Below, one piece after another: positions 32,325-36,517 of a DNA stretch of 36,517 nt; positions within the stretch are counted from its first letter, which is position 1; each line of letters begins with the position of its first letter. The stretch is from Octopus sinensis (lineage: Eukaryota). The translations under genes were made by a program, and so were the position numbers. Location: positions 1 to 36,517 of the forward strand of contig NW_021828066.1 in NCBI RefSeq assembly GCF_006345805.1. Reading direction: 5' to 3'. The notes under the pieces are model-generated. The model had not been told where the DNA came from, ran no database searches, and saw nothing but the letters and a program-made list of their open reading frames with translations.

Positions 32325-32406
32325 CCCATTAAGACTGAACACGAAAAGTGGACAGTCTATATCTAGCATGTTGACTGTCCACTTTTCGTGTTCAGTCCTT
32401 AATTGG
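32325..32406. repeat. Perfect 25-bp inverted repeat (32333-32357 / 32373-32397), 15-nt spacer; possible mini-MITE
   Basis: GACTGAACACGAAAAGTGGACAGTC and its exact reverse complement; imperfect extension CCCATTAA/TTAATTGG; TA on both sides. Confidence 0.9.
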
Positions 32407-32487
32407 TATATAGAAATTTTTTCTTCGGATTCTTTTAATATGCTAGACCACTGGTTTTAATTGACTAATATCAATTTCTACCCTTAA

Positions 32488-32527
<40 letters not shown>

Positions 32528-32620
32528 ATAAAGTTAATCCAAACATGAAAACACAACAACGCGAGGACGTAGAACAAATATAGTATTATTGGACGCTCAG
32601 GAAGGAAGGGAAGAAGGAGG

Positions 32621-32655
32621 GTTTAACGTTTCGAGCGGAGCTCTTCGTCGGAAAC
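32621..32655 (-). ncRNA. Hammerhead-like motif (H3) in a pseudo-LTR-like unit (~32525-32726)
   Basis: Minus strand GTTT-CCGACGA-A-GAGC(TCC)GCTC-GAAA-CGTT-AAAC: perfect helices I and II, palindromic AACGTT; core has U4C. Confidence 0.65.
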
Positions 32656-32726
32656 ATAGGAGAAGGAAAAGTCCAGAGAAGGGAAGACAGAGGAAATAAA
32701 ATCGCCAACGATACACACGCGGTCAC

Positions 32727-32990
32727 ATATACATACATACATACATACATACATACATACATACATACATACATACATACACACACACATACATACATAC
32801 ATACATACATACATACATACACATACATACATACATACATACATACATACATACATACGTACCTACATACATACACACCAACATACATACATACATACAT
32901 ACATACATCCATACATACATAACATACATACATACATACATACATACATACATACATACATACATACATACGTACATACATACATACACA
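32727..32990. repeat. (TACA)n microsatellite
   Basis: Directly visible. Confidence 0.95.
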
Positions 32991-33492
32991 TATGGACACT
33001 TATGTGTGTAATATGCGCTCGAGGAATTTCCCCTGCTATAGTGAAAAAGATAAGATTGTTGGAAGAGTATGGAAAACCATGAAATGCATAATTTCTTTTG
33101 GAATTCTAATTTTTTCTGAAGTATTTATTTCTTGAGATGTAACATCGAATACGTAGTCATTGGAGAGAACGTCTTTGAAAACAATATTCTTTGTTATAGA
33201 TTATTCACCACTTCTACCAAGAGATTTATCTCTTATTTTTAGCTTTATGATAAGAAGTGAATGCGCTGTAGAATGAGCTACATACAATGGTTCTTGAGAA
33301 AATCATGGTTTATTTTGTTTCGGCCGTCCCTTATGACTATGTATGAAAATTATTTGAAGATTGCTGAGCGAATCATTTGTATAGCAAACGCTTAAAAATA
33401 ATCTTAACTATGGAACGACATCGGAGAGATAATCTGTGCATATCATTATTCTATGGCATGAATGTTAGCAACACACCTAAAGGTTATTTTCT

Positions 33493-33947
33493 GGATCTTT
33501 TCGGTTTGAACGGCAGTTTTTAACATAATTTCTAGGTAACTAAAACATTTTAAACTTCGTATACTGGTAGAATGTGTTTTATAAAACATCTTTTTCTCTT
33601 GACTTTATTGAGAAAATTCTATAGTTTGTAAGATATTTGTTGTTGTTTTTTTCAATTTCTGAAATTTCAACCAATCAAATACGTCTATTGAGGCAAAAAA
33701 AAAACATTCTGTGCCGTATGAATATGTCCCTCGTTTAAGAAACAGGTTGGGTTTATTTACATTTGTGAAGAAAAAAAGATTCCCTTCCCCACACCCCTAA
33801 CCCTAACCCTAACCCTAACCCTAACCCTAACTAACCCTAACCCTGAAATAGATTGAAATGCAATAGATCGATTCTAGGGTCATAATTATGGGTGACAATT
33901 TCATATGACACCGCTCGAAAAAACTGTCGTTCAAACCGAAAAGATCC
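33493..33947 (+). mobile_element. GGATC-ended MITE, copy 6 (longest telomere-like tract)
   Basis: TIRs; TSD TATTTTCT/TATTTCCT (7/8); five consecutive CCCTAA followed by further imperfect units at ~33795-33845. Confidence 0.92.
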
Positions 33948-34187
33948 TATTTCCTTATGAGAAAAAGTGTATATGAGCAAAGTTGAACCTACAATCTCAA
34001 TGAGCGAAGTACTGTAGCTGCTACTCTGTGACGTGACTGATGACAGCGAGCAAGTCGAAAGTTCGAAGTCACTGTCAACATTCAACGTGTAAAAGTTAAA
34101 CGTACATTCTCTATTAAAAAAGTATTGAATAATTCTTCTGTTGGACGTTAAATTGATTTTGTATATAAATTTACGTAAAAGGAAACA

Positions 34188-34228
<41 letters not shown>

Positions 34229-34249
34229 ATGTATGTGTGTGTATTCTTT

Positions 34250-34575
34250 TATTCATATATTTGTTTCAGTCATATGACTGCGGCCATGCTGGAGCGCCAC
34301 CCTTAGTCGAACGAATCGACCCCCTAGGACTTATTCTTTGTGAGCCTAGTTACTTATTCTATCGGTCTGTTTGCAGAACCGCTAAGCTTCGGGGTCGTAC
34401 ACACACCAATATCGGTTCAAGCGATGGTGGGGGTAGAAACACAGACACACACATAAATACATATACAAAAATATATACACAACAGGCTTCTGTCAGTTTC
34501 CATCCACCAAATCTACACACAAGGCTTTGATCGGTCAGAGGCTATAGTAGAAGACACTTGCCCAAAATGCCACAT
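34250..34575 (-). mobile_element. SINE-B, head lost next to (TATG)n
   Basis: TGTTTCAGTCATATGACTGCGGCCATGCTGGAGC...GAAGACACTTGCCCAA. Confidence 0.8.
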
Positions 34576-34756
34576 GTATGTATGTATGTATGTATGTATG
34601 TATGTATGTATGTATGTATGTATGAATGTATGTATGAATGTATGTATGAATGTATGTATGTATGTATGTATCTATGTGTATATGTATGTCTATAACAGTT
34701 AATTTAAAAGATTTAATTCTCAGGCAAATGCACCTTGACGAATAATAATAATAATA

Positions 34757-34798
<42 letters not shown>

Positions 34799-34805
34799 TA
34801 ATAAT

Positions 34806-34940
34806 AAACACCAAAAAAAAACCCCAAATATATGGCACACTAGGCAGAACAACAACGTGAACTTCCAACCTGTTGTCTCTTGAGGTCTCTGGGTGAGACT
34901 TGGAGCCAACTTGTACAGACATAAAGCAAAAGTCCACAGA
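34806..34940 (+). mobile_element. Unique ~135-bp segment between (AAT)n arrays; possibly the 3' end of a second TAA-targeting retroelement family
   Basis: Non-repetitive island bounded by (AAT)n with the same polarity as the Dong copies; no coding signature recognised. Confidence 0.35.
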
Positions 34941-34992
34941 ATAATAATAATAATAATTATAATAATAATAATATAATAATAATAATAATATA

Positions 34993-35514
34993 ACAGAAAA
35001 AAGATGGTATAGGCACACACCAGAAAAGGTCACAGAAAACGAGAAAGCAACCATACTCTGTGATATGCCGATACACACAGATAGAGAAATTAAGGCCAAC
35101 AGACCAGATATAGTTGTCAGAGATCATGAAGAAAAAAATGCTTTCTAATTGATGTATCAATACCGGCAGATGACAACGTGTCTCTAAAAGAAATGAAGAA
35201 ACTGTCAAAATACAAAGACCTGGAAATAGAGGTAACTAGAATGTGGAACCTGAAAACAGAAACAATTCCTATCATAGTAGGCGCATTAGGCATGATAAAA
35301 AAATATTTCAGACAAATACATAACAAAAAACACCAGGACTTACAAACACATATAACATACAGAAAATTGCATTACTAGGCACTGCACACATCCTACGCAG
35401 AACACTTTCCATTACAATAACCATCAGAGCATCACAACAAATAACAGCACATACCCAAGGCACACAGAGCTGCGCTCGGTAGTGAAGTGAAAGCACGCTA
35501 TGAAAATAAAACTA

Positions 35515-35517
<3 letters not shown>
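34993..35517 (+). mobile_element. R4/Dong retrotransposon 3' portion encoding the restriction-like endonuclease
   Basis: WYRHTPEKVTENEKATILCDMPIHTDREIKANRPDIVVRDHEEK / KCFLIDVSIPADDNVSLKEMKKLSKYKDLEIEVTRMWNLKTETIPIIVGALG..: PD-(D/E)xK RLE with R4-clade wording; frameshifts in A-runs; (AAT)n on both sides. Confidence 0.9.
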
Positions 35518-35575
<58 letters not shown>

Positions 35576-36082
35576 TATTAGGTCTTTATGATAGGTTATA
35601 TCTTCGATTTCGTTCCGTAGTTTATTAATAAATAGTCATATGAGTACTATAAATGCCATGTTTATAGTATACTAAATCCACGATTTCGTAACAGTGTTAC
35701 CTACATAGACAGCAGCACCATATTATATACAAACAATAACAGTGAAAATTCCACGGTTATTTTGAAAACTGTGTGTTGGTTGGTTGGAAGTTTATGGAGA
35801 GGTATGAATATATATGATTTCTTTTGAAATTGCATTTTGTTTGAAATATTTGATTCTTTAGATGGTGTAAGAGTCCACGCAGATAGCATTGAATGTGTAG
35901 TCTTAAGAGACGACATCTCTGTGAAATGTCTTGTCTGTGTTATACACTTGTCACCTCTTGTATCATTAGATTTGTTACTTATTATTTTTCACTTTACGTC
36001 AAGAAGTGAATTATCCTAACTATGGAAGCAAAACAACGATATTATCATTCAGTAATATTTCACTGCTACAGCACGAATCTCC

Positions 36083-36387
36083 AAGTGATGCCTAGTGGTT
36101 AGGAGCATTCGGCTTACGATCGTCGGGTCGTGATTTCGATTCCCAGTAGCGCATTATCTCCTTGAGCAAGGCACTTTATTTCACGTTGCTCCAGTTCATT
36201 CAGCTGGCAAAAATAAGTGGTACCTGTAATTCAAAGGGCCGGCTTTGTCACATTCTGTGTCACGCTGAATCTCCCTGAGAACTACACCAAGGACACGCAT
36301 GTCCGTGGAGTATTCATTCACTTGCAGGTTAATTTCACGAGCAGGCTGCTCCGTCGATTGGATCAACTGGAACCCCTTAGCGTAGTT
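36083..36387 (+). mobile_element. SINE-D-related element
   Basis: CCTAGTGGTTAGG A-box, ATTTCGATTCCC B-box-like, CTTGAGCAAGGCACTT CORE-like; 3' half homologous to 27640-27800. Confidence 0.8.
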
Positions 36388-36485
36388 AGTGTGTGCTGCC
36401 CGGGCGACCCTTCCATTTGCTGTCCCCGGACCTCACAAAAGCCAATATTGCCTACGGCAGACCCAAGAGTATCCGTCTCTTTATA

Positions 36486-36517
36486 AGTGCTGCCCGGGGC
36501 GGACCCCCCCCACTAGC
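36486..36517. mobile_element. Possible GC-rich DNA-transposon terminus cut by the window edge
   Basis: GTGCTGCCCGGGGCGGACCCCCCCCACTAGC, with a similar word at ~36392-36410; the end is not visible. Confidence 0.25.

Noticed and set aside
33795-33845. (CCCTAA)n as a true telomere or chromosome-fusion scar
   Set aside because: Every such tract lies at the same internal position of a TIR/TSD-bounded MITE.
35837-36019. Short non-repetitive ORFs here and at 17046-17264 and 33837-34256
   Set aside because: No recognisable domain, lengths expected by chance in AT-rich DNA, no convincing splice pairs.

Overview
Gene-poor, repeat-saturated eukaryotic DNA. By inference from its repeat landscape (tRNA-headed SINEs, very long TG/TACA/TAA microsatellites) it is most likely an octopus (coleoid cephalopod) genome; this cannot be confirmed without a search. 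No intact protein-coding gene can be supported, and almost all ORFs in the track are microsatellite artefacts. What is supportable: (1) six copies plus one fragment of a ~410-455 bp GGATC-ended MITE with 29-bp TIRs, 8-bp TSDs and internal (TTAGGG)n, plus a related 1,032-bp element with ~270-bp TIRs (Merlin/IS1016-like by TSD and termini); (2) an internally deleted mellifera-type mariner; (3) two Penelope-like GIY-YIG remnants and several pseudo-LTR-like units carrying minimal type I hammerhead-ribozyme motifs from at least three families; (4) R4/Dong retrotransposon ends and a fixed-length ~550-bp non-coding element, all embedded in (TAA)n; (5) an RTE 3' end with three C2H2 fingers; (6) at least five SINE families, including two head-to-tail multimers and one copy with an internal 62/67-bp minisatellite; (7) an intron-containing tRNA-Lys-like gene reading TTC at the anticodon, directly upstream of an A-box-deleted SINE tetramer; (8) a candidate frameshifted low-complexity exon near 1.5-2.3 kb. 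Labels SINE-A to SINE-E are working names used here only.
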